64,000 nucleotides of DNA, from the NCBI GenBank assembly GCA_965197585.1, contig OZ240215.1, positions 2,048,001 through 2,112,000 of the forward strand. The letters run 5' to 3'. Positions 50,692 to 59,579 of the stretch are shown here, in pieces; the stretch's first letter is position 1, and each line of letters starts with the position of its first letter. The DNA is from Dehalococcoidia bacterium. Its GTDB lineage: Bacteria > Chloroflexota > Dehalococcoidia > Plut-88900. The notes beneath the pieces are model-generated. The model was given only the letters and a program-made list of their open reading frames with translations. It was not told the DNA's origin and ran no database searches. A program made the translations under genes and the position numbers.

Positions 50692-51510
50692 ATGGCCGGT
50701 CTCTGGAAAGACGGAGTCCAGTGCGCCGTCAACATCGGCTTTGACGTTGACGGCGTCAGCTCGTGGCTGGGGCGCGACGGCGACTTCGCCAACAGGCCAG
50801 TCGCCATGACAATGGGCGAGTACGGGCCCAAGGTCGGCGTGCCCAGGATACTGGACCTGCTGGAGGAATACGGAATCAAAGGCAGCTTCTTCGTACCGGG
50901 CCATACCGCCGAGAACCACCCCAACATCGTCCCCGACCTCCTTGAACGCGGCCACGAGGTCGCTCACCACGGCTACATCCACGAGCGGCCCGCCGCCTTG
51001 GACGAATCCGAGGAGCGGAGAGCAATTGAGACAGGCCTCGAGATTCTTGAGCGGCAGGCAGGCTTCCGAATAAGAGGCTACCGCTCGCCGTCATGGGACA
51101 TCAGCGTAAAAACCCTCGGTCTCTTGGTGGAATACGGCTTCTCATACGACTCCAGCCTCATGGACGACGACGCCCCTTACGTACACGACGTGGACGGGTC
51201 TCGGTTGGTGGAGCTTCCCGTGCAATGGCACCTGGACGACTTCCCTTACTGGGGTTACGCCCCCGCCGCCGGAGTCCGAGGACCGCTCTCCAGCCCGGAG
51301 GCCGTGACCCGCACCTGGACCGCAGATTTCGACACCCTCTACCGGGAGGGCAGGTGCTACATTCTGACCCTTCACCCCCAAGTCTCGGGGCACCCGAGCC
51401 GATTGTCGTGCCTGGAGCGTACCATTCAGCACATTATGTCCCACCCTAGGGTCGCATTCATGCGCTGCGACGAAATCGCCCAGCATTGGATCGAGCGGGG
51501 TCTTTCCTAG
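50692..51510 (+). CDS. Polysaccharide deacetylase-family protein 2
   Basis: FDVD, HHGYIH, GYRSP, YDSS, HPQ. Confidence 0.88.
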   Translation: MAGLWKDGVQCAVNIGFDVDGVSSWLGRDGDFANRPVAMTMGEYGPKVGVPRILDLLEEYGIKGSFFVPGHTAENHPNIVPDLLERGHEVAHHGYIHERPAALDESEERRAIETGLEILERQAGFRIRGYRSPSWDISVKTLGLLVEYGFSYDSSLMDDDAPYVHDVDGSRLVELPVQWHLDDFPYWGYAPAAGVRGPLSSPEAVTRTWTADFDTLYREGRCYILTLHPQVSGHPSRLSCLERTIQHIMSHPRVAFMRCDEIAQHWIERGLS

Positions 51511-51540
51511 ACCCGATCCCCAAGCATCAGGAGGAACACC

Positions 51541-52350
51541 ATGGCAGGCATATGGCCCGGAGACACTCAGTGCGTAGTAACCCTGGGATTCGACATCGAC
51601 GGCGTCAGTTCGTGGATTGGCAGAAACCCCGACTTCGCCAACAGGCCCGGCCTGCTTTCCATGGCCGAGTATGGGCCCAAGCGGGGCGTGCCCCGCATCC
51701 TGAAGTTGCTGGACGACTACGATATCAAGGCCACCTTCTACATCCCAGGCTACGTCGCCGAGAACTATGAGGACATGGTGAGGGATATCGTGAAGCGGGG
51801 TCACGAGGTCGGGCACCACGGCTACATGCACGAGGCTCTGGGGACCATGCCGCTGGACCAGGAAACCGAAATCCTCGAAAGAGGCATGGCCATCCTCGAA
51901 CGGCTTACCGGCACGAAGACTCTTGGGTATCGGGCCCCGTTCTTCGACACCAGCCTGGACACCATCCGTCTGCTGGCGGAGCACGGCTTCGCCTACGACA
52001 CAAGCATGCACGACAGCGACGTCCCCTATATCCACGAAGTCAGCGAGAAGAAGCTGGTGGAAGTCCCGGTCAAGTGGGTGCTGGACGACTACGGGTACTT
52101 CGCATTCGTGCCCCAGGCTGGGATGAGGTCGGCGATGCAAGACCCCCAGAGCGTTTACGAGACCTACGCCGCGGAGTTCGACGGCGCCTACAAATACGGC
52201 AACGTGATGACCATGACGCTGCACCCCCAGGCCAGCGGAAGGCCCGCGCGGCTCACGTCGGTGGAGCGGCTGATACAGTACGCCAAGTCCCACCCGAACG
52301 TGGAGTTCTGGCGAGGCATAGACATCGCGGAATACTGGCTGGGGCGGTAG
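51541..52350 (+). CDS. Polysaccharide deacetylase-family protein 3
   Basis: FDID, HHGYMH, GYRAP, YDTS, HPQ. Confidence 0.88.
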   Translation: MAGIWPGDTQCVVTLGFDIDGVSSWIGRNPDFANRPGLLSMAEYGPKRGVPRILKLLDDYDIKATFYIPGYVAENYEDMVRDIVKRGHEVGHHGYMHEALGTMPLDQETEILERGMAILERLTGTKTLGYRAPFFDTSLDTIRLLAEHGFAYDTSMHDSDVPYIHEVSEKKLVEVPVKWVLDDYGYFAFVPQAGMRSAMQDPQSVYETYAAEFDGAYKYGNVMTMTLHPQASGRPARLTSVERLIQYAKSHPNVEFWRGIDIAEYWLGR

Positions 52351-52366
52351 GCGGCTATATCAGGGA

Positions 52367-52414
52367 GAAAGGGTCGCGTGGTGGCAGTGACCACCGCCCG
52401 ACCCTTTTCCTTTC
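52367..52414. terminator. Probable bidirectional terminator
   Basis: AAAGGGTCG..TGGTG/CCACC..CGACCCTTTTCCTTT between convergent genes. Confidence 0.6.
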
Positions 52415-52416
52415 AT

Positions 52417-52929
52417 TTAGTTACGCCTATTGCGTTTCGCGCCTCGTACGGGGCTGGGTGGACTATCCTCTCTGGCAAAATCTATATCTGCTAAAGAGGG
52501 TATGCGGAACGAAAACTTTGTGTCGCTTTGGGGATGGGTTATGGCGAAGTCGCCGAGGCTGATTATGTCCATACCGATGAGCACATCGTAGCCTGGCAGG
52601 TTGCCCAATATGACGGGCATCGCCTGAAATTCCAAGTCACTGGGCAGCTTCATATTGATCGTGTATGCCGGCACGCCTTGGGCCTATCCTTGAGCGTGGC
52701 GCATCGTTCGGGTGCCCGTAGTCTGCAATTCGCAAGCATTCACAACTGTCTGGGAGATTACGCCGCTGGTGGCGCCGGTGTCCCATAGAGCAGTGAACTC
52801 GTACATGGGAGGATGGGGCCTATGGCTATCTGCCCTCCATGACTTGGAGGCCATACAACGGGTCTTGAGGACAAGGAGACCACCTTTGTAGATGGTAGTA
52901 AAGCTGAAGGAATGTACTTGGCGAGCTAT
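52417..52929 (-). pseudogene. Retropepsin-like aspartic protease interrupted by an in-frame TAG (52684-52686)
   Basis: Manual translation ...ALWDTGATSGVIS...HAQG*AQGVPAY...DVLIGMDII; one frame throughout. Confidence 0.75.
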
Positions 52930-53186
52930 GGGGGAAACACCGGGGAGTGAATAGTTACGGTGTAGTCCTCTTCACCCTCACTGACCTTCTGGAGCATAAA
53001 GGTCCCTTCCTCGTGATCTTTGGTGGTTTTCACGTAAGCATCAATGTAAGTGTCGTATGCCCCGAGAACTTCGTGGTTCTTTAGCACAATGACCTTGCCG
53101 TCATACTTCTTCACGAAGTCGTCCTGGTTGTCTAGGTAATAGCGGAATTCGTTATTGACAGTTTCGATGTCCTTGGTGAGTGCCAT
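52926..53186 (-). CDS. Small protein, DUF5678-like
   Basis: KKYDGKVIVLKNHEVLGAYD pattern; AGGAGG RBS; coupled to protease gene. Confidence 0.65.
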   Translation of the reverse strand: MALTKDIETVNNEFRYYLDNQDDFVKKYDGKVIVLKNHEVLGAYDTYIDAYVKTTKDHEEGTFMLQKVSEGEEDYTVTIHSPVFPP

Positions 53187-53274
53187 GATATCGGCCTCCT
53201 GTTTGAATGGAGTATTGCACGTGGGAAACCGAGATGCAAAGAATATGCTATATATTATAGCTCGTAACTATCAT

Positions 53275-54054
53275 TCAAGTCCCCGCCGACACATCCACTA
53301 TCTGCCCCGTCATCCCGCTCGAGTCCTCGGAGGCGAAGAACACGGCGCACTGTGCCACCTCCTCGGGGGTGACCATACGGCGAAGCGACGCCCGACTTTC
53401 CAGCCGTGTCCGCACCTCCTCGTAAGTCCGCTCCGAGCTTCCGACGAACGCATTGATCACCCTCTCTATTCTGTCTCCCTCGGTGGCGCCGGGGCAGATG
53501 CAGTTGACCCGGATGTTGTCGGGCCCGACCTCTTGGGCCAAAGTCAGCGTGAACCCGTGCATTCCCCACTTGGACGTGACGTAGGAGCTTCGCTTGGGGG
53601 TTACCCTTTTCCCCGCCATCGAAGAAATGTTGATGATGTTCCCCGACTTCCGGGGCCGCATATCTTTCAAGGCTTCTCGGCTGCAGAGCATCGTCCCCGT
53701 TATGTTAACTGCGATAACTTGGTTCCAGTCTGCCAGGTCCATGTTGGAAACGTCCAGAAACTGCCCCGAAATCCCCGAGTTGTTCACCAGCAGGTCTATC
53801 TTTCCGAACTCGGCGATGGTCTTGTTCACCATCGCTATGACCTGGTCCTCGTCGGCGATGTCTGCGGTGATGGGCAAGCATTGTCGCCCCATTTCACGTA
53901 TCCTTGCCGCCACCCGCTCCAGGTTGGCGGTGTTCCGGGAGGCTATCGCAACGTCGGCGCCCTCCCTGGCGAAGGCCAGCGCTATCGACTCCCCAATCCC
54001 CACACCCCCACCAGTCACCAACGCCTTCTTGTCCAGCAATCTTTGACTTGCCAT
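53275..54054 (-). CDS. SDR family oxidoreductase
   Basis: TGGGVGIG, NNSG, YVTSK. Confidence 0.92.
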   Translation of the reverse strand: MASQRLLDKKALVTGGGVGIGESIALAFAREGADVAIASRNTANLERVAARIREMGRQCLPITADIADEDQVIAMVNKTIAEFGKIDLLVNNSGISGQFLDVSNMDLADWNQVIAVNITGTMLCSREALKDMRPRKSGNIINISSMAGKRVTPKRSSYVTSKWGMHGFTLTLAQEVGPDNIRVNCICPGATEGDRIERVINAFVGSSERTYEEVRTRLESRASLRRMVTPEEVAQCAVFFASEDSSGMTGQIVDVSAGT

Positions 54055-54059
54055 GTTCT

Positions 54060-55202
54060 TTACCTGACTGCCTTGCAGCTTCTCAGTCCTGAGATTTCTT
54101 CGCCTGAGTACCCGACTTCCCCAAGCACTTCATCAGTATGCTGCCCCAGAGAAGGCGCAGCCTTCTCCGACACACCAGGAGTTTTGGAGAAGATGGCCGG
54201 CGCTCCCCGCAGGGTTATGGGTCCCAGGTCCGGGGAATCGTAGTCCACACTTAGGCCGTTCCTCTTCATCTGCGGGTCTTCGTAAAGGTCAGAGACCTGC
54301 TGCACTAGGGAGCATGGGACTCGTTCCTTCTCCAGCCTCGAAATCCACTCGTCCGATGGAGCGGAGGCGAAGGTCTGGGCCAAAGACTCGGATTGCGCCT
54401 CGTCGGCAGAAGCCCCGTTTTCCATAGCCCTTGCCTTGTCGCCAAGAGCCCTGCTCAGCCGCCCCCACTCGTCTCCCGACCGCACACCTAGGAAGATCCA
54501 CCCATCGGAGGTCTTGTAGAGCCGATATCCGGGGCTTTCGCCGATGTAGTCAGCCTCCCGGGCCCCGTTCCCGCCGCTCCTAACAACCACATACCTCCCC
54601 GACTGCGTAGCCATGCAGGCCCGCAGCAACGAAGTCTCCACCTTCCGGCCCTTACCCGTCCGCGCCCTGGCCAGCAGCCCCAGTGAAACTCCGTAAGCCC
54701 CCAGGCACGCCGCCCCGTAGTCCGAGATGGCCAGAACCAGAAACACAGGCGGCCTGGACGCCCCTCCTTGGAATGCCATAGCCCCACTCCGAGCCTGGAG
54801 CAATGGGTCGAAGCCCGGTTTGCTCCTGTACGGCCCTTCCTGCCCATAGGCCGACACCGAACAATACACGAGGCTAGGATTTATCTTGCTCAACGTCGCA
54901 TAGTCCGCCCCCAGCCTCTTCGCCACTCCCGGCCGGTAGTTCTCCACCACAACGTCAGCCTCTTTAACCAGTCGATAGAGCACCCCCCGCCCCTCTTCCG
55001 TCTTGAGGTCAATACATATGCTCCTCTTGCCCCGGTTCCAGTCCTGGAAGGTCGGGCCGAGGCTGCGGAAGGGGTCGCCGGTCAGGGACTCCACTTTGAT
55101 TACGCTGGCCCCGAAGTCAGCCAGGAGTCCGGGGCACAGCGCACCCGCTATGTAGCTGGATAGGTCAACAACCTTGACGTTGGAAAACGGTGAGGTTAGC
55201 AA
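54060..55202 (-). CDS. Class III CoA-transferase (CaiB/BaiF)
   Basis: ADFGASVIKVE, NRGKRS, ENYRPG, ISDY catalytic-Asp region; TTG start inferred. Confidence 0.9.
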   Translation of the reverse strand: MLTSPFSNVKVVDLSSYIAGALCPGLLADFGASVIKVESLTGDPFRSLGPTFQDWNRGKRSICIDLKTEEGRGVLYRLVKEADVVVENYRPGVAKRLGADYATLSKINPSLVYCSVSAYGQEGPYRSKPGFDPLLQARSGAMAFQGGASRPPVFLVLAISDYGAACLGAYGVSLGLLARARTGKGRKVETSLLRACMATQSGRYVVVRSGGNGAREADYIGESPGYRLYKTSDGWIFLGVRSGDEWGRLSRALGDKARAMENGASADEAQSESLAQTFASAPSDEWISRLEKERVPCSLVQQVSDLYEDPQMKRNGLSVDYDSPDLGPITLRGAPAIFSKTPGVSEKAAPSLGQHTDEVLGEVGYSGEEISGLRSCKAVR

Positions 55203-56368
55203 ATCAACGCCCCCGATTTCACCAGCTTGGCACACTCCGCCTCTCCGTATCCCAATCCTGACAGCACATCCACCCCGTGCTCTCCGAGCCCCGGCGCAGG
55301 AGCCGGCACCGAGCCGTTCAACCCGGAAACCGTCACCGGCGGCCCAAGCTGGGTCATGATGCCGAGCATCGGATCGTCAATCTGGACTAGGATGCTGTCT
55401 GATAAGACCTGTGGATCGACCAGGAAGTCGTCACGGGAGTCAGCGGGAGCTGCAGGGACGTCGTGCTCATCGAAATGCCGCACCCAGTATGCCTGCGGTT
55501 CCTTGCTGATCTTATCTCCAATGGCCTTCTTGACCGCCTCATGGTCTTCCGGCGTAAATGACCACGGTGCGTCCCGGAACCGAGGGTTGACCGTAAACTC
55601 TTCCATGTCCAGGGCAATGCAAAGCTTGCCCCAGAAAGTATCGTTGCCACAGGCGATGAATATCCACTTCCTGTCACTGCACTGGTAGAGGCGATAGGCG
55701 GGCTTCACCCCTCGAGGGTCTCGCTCCGGCCCCTCAGGGTCTCCGAGGCCCGGTCCCCGGATGAAGCCGCTGCCCTGCATGGTTACCGAGCCGTTGAGTA
55801 GAGGGACCTCCACCTTCTGCCCGATTCCCTCGGTCTCCCGCACGTAAAGCGCCGAAGTTATTGTGTAGGCCGCGAGGAAGGCCGACCCGGAGCTCGGGCC
55901 GGGCACGGTGCTGTACTCCGGCATACCATCAGGACCATTCTGGTTACCCATGAGGGCCGAATAGGCAGCGACCACGCCGTCGTTGGCCGGTTTATCGGCG
56001 AGAGGACCTTCCTCGCCGAAAGGCGGAATGGCACAGTAGATGAGAAGCGGGTTCAGATCACTCAGCGATTCGTAGTCAACCCCACGCTCCCATGCCTCGC
56101 GGGGCAGATAGTCTTCCACAACCACGTCCGCCGACTTCACTATAGCCTCAAAAGCATCCCAGGCCCCTTCCACCGACAAGTCGAGGGCCACGCTCCACTT
56201 GCCCCGGTTCCAGTGATGGAATGGCGCGTCGCCTCGCCAGTCAGGGGCGTCGGGAGTCTCCACCTTAATCACCGAGGCCCCCATGTCTCCCAGCAGCATG
56301 CAGGCGTAGGCCCCAGCCATGTCTCGGGACAGGTCTACTACGGTATAGCCGGAGAGGACGGATTCCAT
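55196..56368 (-). CDS. Class III CoA-transferase (CaiB/BaiF), possibly non-catalytic subunit
   Basis: GDMGASVIKVE, NRGKWS, APGLGEH. Confidence 0.88.
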   Translation of the reverse strand: MESVLSGYTVVDLSRDMAGAYACMLLGDMGASVIKVETPDAPDWRGDAPFHHWNRGKWSVALDLSVEGAWDAFEAIVKSADVVVEDYLPREAWERGVDYESLSDLNPLLIYCAIPPFGEEGPLADKPANDGVVAAYSALMGNQNGPDGMPEYSTVPGPSSGSAFLAAYTITSALYVRETEGIGQKVEVPLLNGSVTMQGSGFIRGPGLGDPEGPERDPRGVKPAYRLYQCSDRKWIFIACGNDTFWGKLCIALDMEEFTVNPRFRDAPWSFTPEDHEAVKKAIGDKISKEPQAYWVRHFDEHDVPAAPADSRDDFLVDPQVLSDSILVQIDDPMLGIMTQLGPPVTVSGLNGSVPAPAPGLGEHGVDVLSGLGYGEAECAKLVKSGALIC

Positions 56369-56524
56369 ATTCAGGATGCCTCGGGAGGAGAGATTAAGGT
56401 TGCCACTTACCTATGGTTTTACTCGTGGAAAACGCGGCCAATTGTGCCATTGAGCCTTGAAGAGTGTCAACGCGGAGCAGCATAACAGCGAGGATGAGTA
56501 TAATGCCCCCAGGAGGCCCCACCC

Positions 56525-57334
56525 GTGCCCGAGATACCCGACCTCGAAAACATAATCGCATTCCTCAACAACAAGGTTCCCGGCGTGAGGATCGACTCCG
56601 TGGAGCCCCGCATCCCCATCGTCATCCGGTTCCCCACAGCCGACGATCTCGCCAAGAGGCTCAAAGGGCAGACCTTGTCCGGCGTCAGCCGCAGGGGCAA
56701 ATTCCTGCTTTTCAAGACGGAGTCGGGCGACACCCTGGCCGTGAACCCCATGCTCACAGGCCGCTTCCAGTATGTCGAACCGGAAACGAAAACCCACGCC
56801 AAGACCTGCTTCACCCTGAAACTCGGAAACGGAATGGATCTCCGCTACCACGATATGCGGGTCATGGGCAAGGTCTACTGCGTCGGGCTCGGTGAGGAAT
56901 CGATAATCCCCAACTTTGAGCGCATGGGCCCCGACGCCCTAGACCCCGACGTCACCCTCGAAGTCTTCAATGCCCGGCTCCGCCGCTTCTCCGGCCAGAT
57001 AAAACGAGTCCTGGTCACCGATACCTTCCTCGCAGGAATCGGCAACGCCTACTCCGACGAAATCCTCTTCGACGCCGGCATCTACCCCTTCCGGCGCCGG
57101 ACTACCCTATCCGATGAGGAAATCGAGACCCTCTACAACAGCGTGCACTCGGTGCTAGGGGAGGCCACGAGAGTCGTGGGTGAGCGCATGAACGGGCGCA
57201 TCGACCTGAAGATTAGGGACTTCCTGAAGATTCACCGCAAGGGTGGTCAGGACTGCCCCAACTGCGGAGGCAGGATCGGCGAGGTGAAGGCCAATCAGCG
57301 GATGACCAACTTCTGCCGCACCTGCCAGAAGTAG
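56525..57334 (+). CDS. Fpg/Nei family DNA glycosylase
   Basis: N-terminal PE, RRGK, GIGNAYSDE H2TH motif, CPNC...CRTCQ Zn finger. Confidence 0.9.
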   Translation: MPEIPDLENIIAFLNNKVPGVRIDSVEPRIPIVIRFPTADDLAKRLKGQTLSGVSRRGKFLLFKTESGDTLAVNPMLTGRFQYVEPETKTHAKTCFTLKLGNGMDLRYHDMRVMGKVYCVGLGEESIIPNFERMGPDALDPDVTLEVFNARLRRFSGQIKRVLVTDTFLAGIGNAYSDEILFDAGIYPFRRRTTLSDEEIETLYNSVHSVLGEATRVVGERMNGRIDLKIRDFLKIHRKGGQDCPNCGGRIGEVKANQRMTNFCRTCQK

Positions 57335-57347
57335 CCGCCGGACTGGG

Positions 57348-58298
57348 TTAGAGTCCCAGGGCCTGCTCTGCGTAGGCCCCCAGCATCCCCTCCTTCTCCT
57401 CGTTGGAGAGCAACGGCAGGGCCATGACCTGCTCGATAGTACGATCAAGGTCGTACCAGGGGAAGTCCGAGCCCATTAACACGCGGGATGCGCCGATATC
57501 CCGGATGAGCCGGGCGAACTCGTCTTCACCTGGGGCGTTAGTTGCCCCACCGACCCACTCGATGATCTCGCAGCAGTCGAAATAGGCATTCGAATACTCC
57601 TCGGCAAGCTCCCGAGCCTGGCCCCAGGTTCCTCCTCCCATGTGGGCTATGACAACCTTGAGGTCGGGGAACGCCGCCAGCATTCCCGCAAAGGCCCGTG
57701 GCTCGGCATACCCCGCACCCAGTTTGTCCGGCCCCGAGTGCGCGACTATCGGCATCCCCATCTCCTGGCAGGCACTGTAGGCAGGCCACATCCGCTCATC
57801 GCTCATGTTGAAGCCCTGCGCCGGCCCGTGCAGCTTCACACCCCGTGCCCCGTGCTTTTCGACCATCTCCCGCAGATGGGATGCACCCTCTTCTCCCGGC
57901 ATGGCTATGGCGTCCAGCGCGATGTATGGCAAGAGGTTACCGTGGCCCTTGACCCGTTCACACGCACCGATGTTGAACTCCCTCAGGTTGTCGGAATACC
58001 CCGCCTCAACCTCCCTGATCGCCGCCTCCCGCTCCGTTGCCGACATCCTCCCCGGCATCTTGGCCACCGCCCGCTCCATCACCCCTCTGGTGGAGAACAG
58101 GTTGACGACAATTGCCTTGTGTACACCCGCTGCCTCCATCGCCTCCAAAGTGTCTTCCAGGTCGCCATCGTATTCGCTGAACTTGACGCCCGGTTTCTCG
58201 CCATATTCCCAAATGCCGTAGTCTCCTTTTTCGAAGGCGCCCACGGCCTTGGTCGGGTACAGGTGCAGGTGGGAATCTATCTTAAGTACGTCAGCCAT
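57348..58298 (-). CDS. Amidohydrolase family 2 protein
   Basis: IDSHLH, GVKLH, AHSG, AHMG, GSDFPW; GGAG RBS. Confidence 0.88.
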   Translation of the reverse strand: MADVLKIDSHLHLYPTKAVGAFEKGDYGIWEYGEKPGVKFSEYDGDLEDTLEAMEAAGVHKAIVVNLFSTRGVMERAVAKMPGRMSATEREAAIREVEAGYSDNLREFNIGACERVKGHGNLLPYIALDAIAMPGEEGASHLREMVEKHGARGVKLHGPAQGFNMSDERMWPAYSACQEMGMPIVAHSGPDKLGAGYAEPRAFAGMLAAFPDLKVVIAHMGGGTWGQARELAEEYSNAYFDCCEIIEWVGGATNAPGEDEFARLIRDIGASRVLMGSDFPWYDLDRTIEQVMALPLLSNEEKEGMLGAYAEQALGL

Positions 58299-58445
58299 AT
58301 TTTGCGTCTCCTCCCCTGGGGGTGGGTTGGGGTTTTGAGCAATGGTATTCCGGGGCGGGGCCGGGGGCAAGGGAGGTGATACGCCAAATGGCCAGCAGTG
58401 TGATATTGTGTCGGGGCTACGCAGAATTCGAAAGGGGGTGGAAAC

Positions 58446-59222
58446 TTGGCATCGACATCCATAGACCTGAGCGGACAGATAGCCATTGTAACCGGCGGTT
58501 CGAGGGGTATTGGAGGCGCCATAGCCGCGGGGCTGGCCCGGTCGGGCGCCGACGTAACCATCGCCGACCTCCCCCAACGGCGAGAGGATGCCTCCAGGAC
58601 CCTCGCCCTCATCGAAGAGTCGGGCGGCGTGGCCCGGGCCCTTGACGTGGATGTCAGCGACCCCGACCAAATCCGAAATGCCGTCTCACAGACCGTTGCT
58701 GACAAAGGCCGCCTGGACATTATGGTCAACAACGCTGGGATCACAATTCGCGGCTCTGCCCTGGACCTCACGCCTGAGCAGTGGGACCGCCTCCACAATG
58801 TCAATCTCAGGGGCGTGTTCTTCGGCTGCCAGGCCGCCGCCCGAGAGATGATGAAGACAGGAGGGGGCAGGATCGTCAACACCGCCTCGGAGCTCGCCTT
58901 TGTCGTTCCCAGGAGCCATATCTCGGCCACTTACATTGCGAGCAAGCACGGGGTGGTCGGCCTGACCAAGTCCCTGGCCGTGGAATGGGCACAGCAAGGG
59001 ATCCGCGTCAACGCCATCTCCCCAGGCCCCACCAACACCGACATGATGGCCCCAACAGTCAACGACCCCGAACGCCTCGCCGTTACGGTGGCCGAGATTC
59101 CCATCGGCAGGATGGTCGAACCCCAGGACCTCGTCGGCGCTGTCCTATTCTTGGCCAGCAACCTTTCAGCCATGGTCACGGGTCACGTGATCCTGGTGGA
59201 CGGGGGCCGGATACTGGTCTAA
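58446..59222 (+). CDS. SDR family oxidoreductase
   Basis: TGGSRGIG, NNAG, YIASK. Confidence 0.92.
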   Translation: MASTSIDLSGQIAIVTGGSRGIGGAIAAGLARSGADVTIADLPQRREDASRTLALIEESGGVARALDVDVSDPDQIRNAVSQTVADKGRLDIMVNNAGITIRGSALDLTPEQWDRLHNVNLRGVFFGCQAAAREMMKTGGGRIVNTASELAFVVPRSHISATYIASKHGVVGLTKSLAVEWAQQGIRVNAISPGPTNTDMMAPTVNDPERLAVTVAEIPIGRMVEPQDLVGAVLFLASNLSAMVTGHVILVDGGRILV

Positions 59223-59266
59223 GGCTGCGTAGATACCTCTGTGCAACCCCTTGCAAGGTTCCGGGA

Positions 59267-59334
59267 TATTCCGTTCGCCCTGAGCGAGCTGTAAGTCCGC
59301 CTCTGGAGGATCGAAGGGTCGCAAGAACGGAATA
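59267..59334. repeat. REP-like repeat family A, copy 2 (variant at 59406-59438)
   Basis: TATTCCGTTCGCCCTGAGC...TCGAAGGGTCGCAAGAACGGAATA. Confidence 0.75.
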
Positions 59335-59579
59335 GGTGTAGGGAGGCGTCCCGTCCCCTCTCCATTGACGAAACCTTTGCATAACCTATGTTGGAGGGGC
59401 CGGGGCCGCTCGTGCTGAGGCTCTCGAAGTATGAGCGGGAGTGGAAGTCGTGTGATCTGGATAGAACAACACGTGCAAGCCGCCGTTACGCAAAGGTCAC
59501 TTGACGGAAGAGGGCTAGAGTCGAAGATTAGCCGAGGAGACTGAGGGTGATCCGGCTTTGGCGCACATTTAAGCAAAGA

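Noticed and set aside
52684-52686. Pyrrolysine recoding of the protease TAG
   Set aside because: No pyl genes in the window, TAG is a common stop here, and the start also looks degenerate; pseudogenisation is simpler
57348-58670. 440-aa version of the amidohydrolase
   Set aside because: The extension overlaps the divergent SDR; RBS and domain start support ATG at 58298
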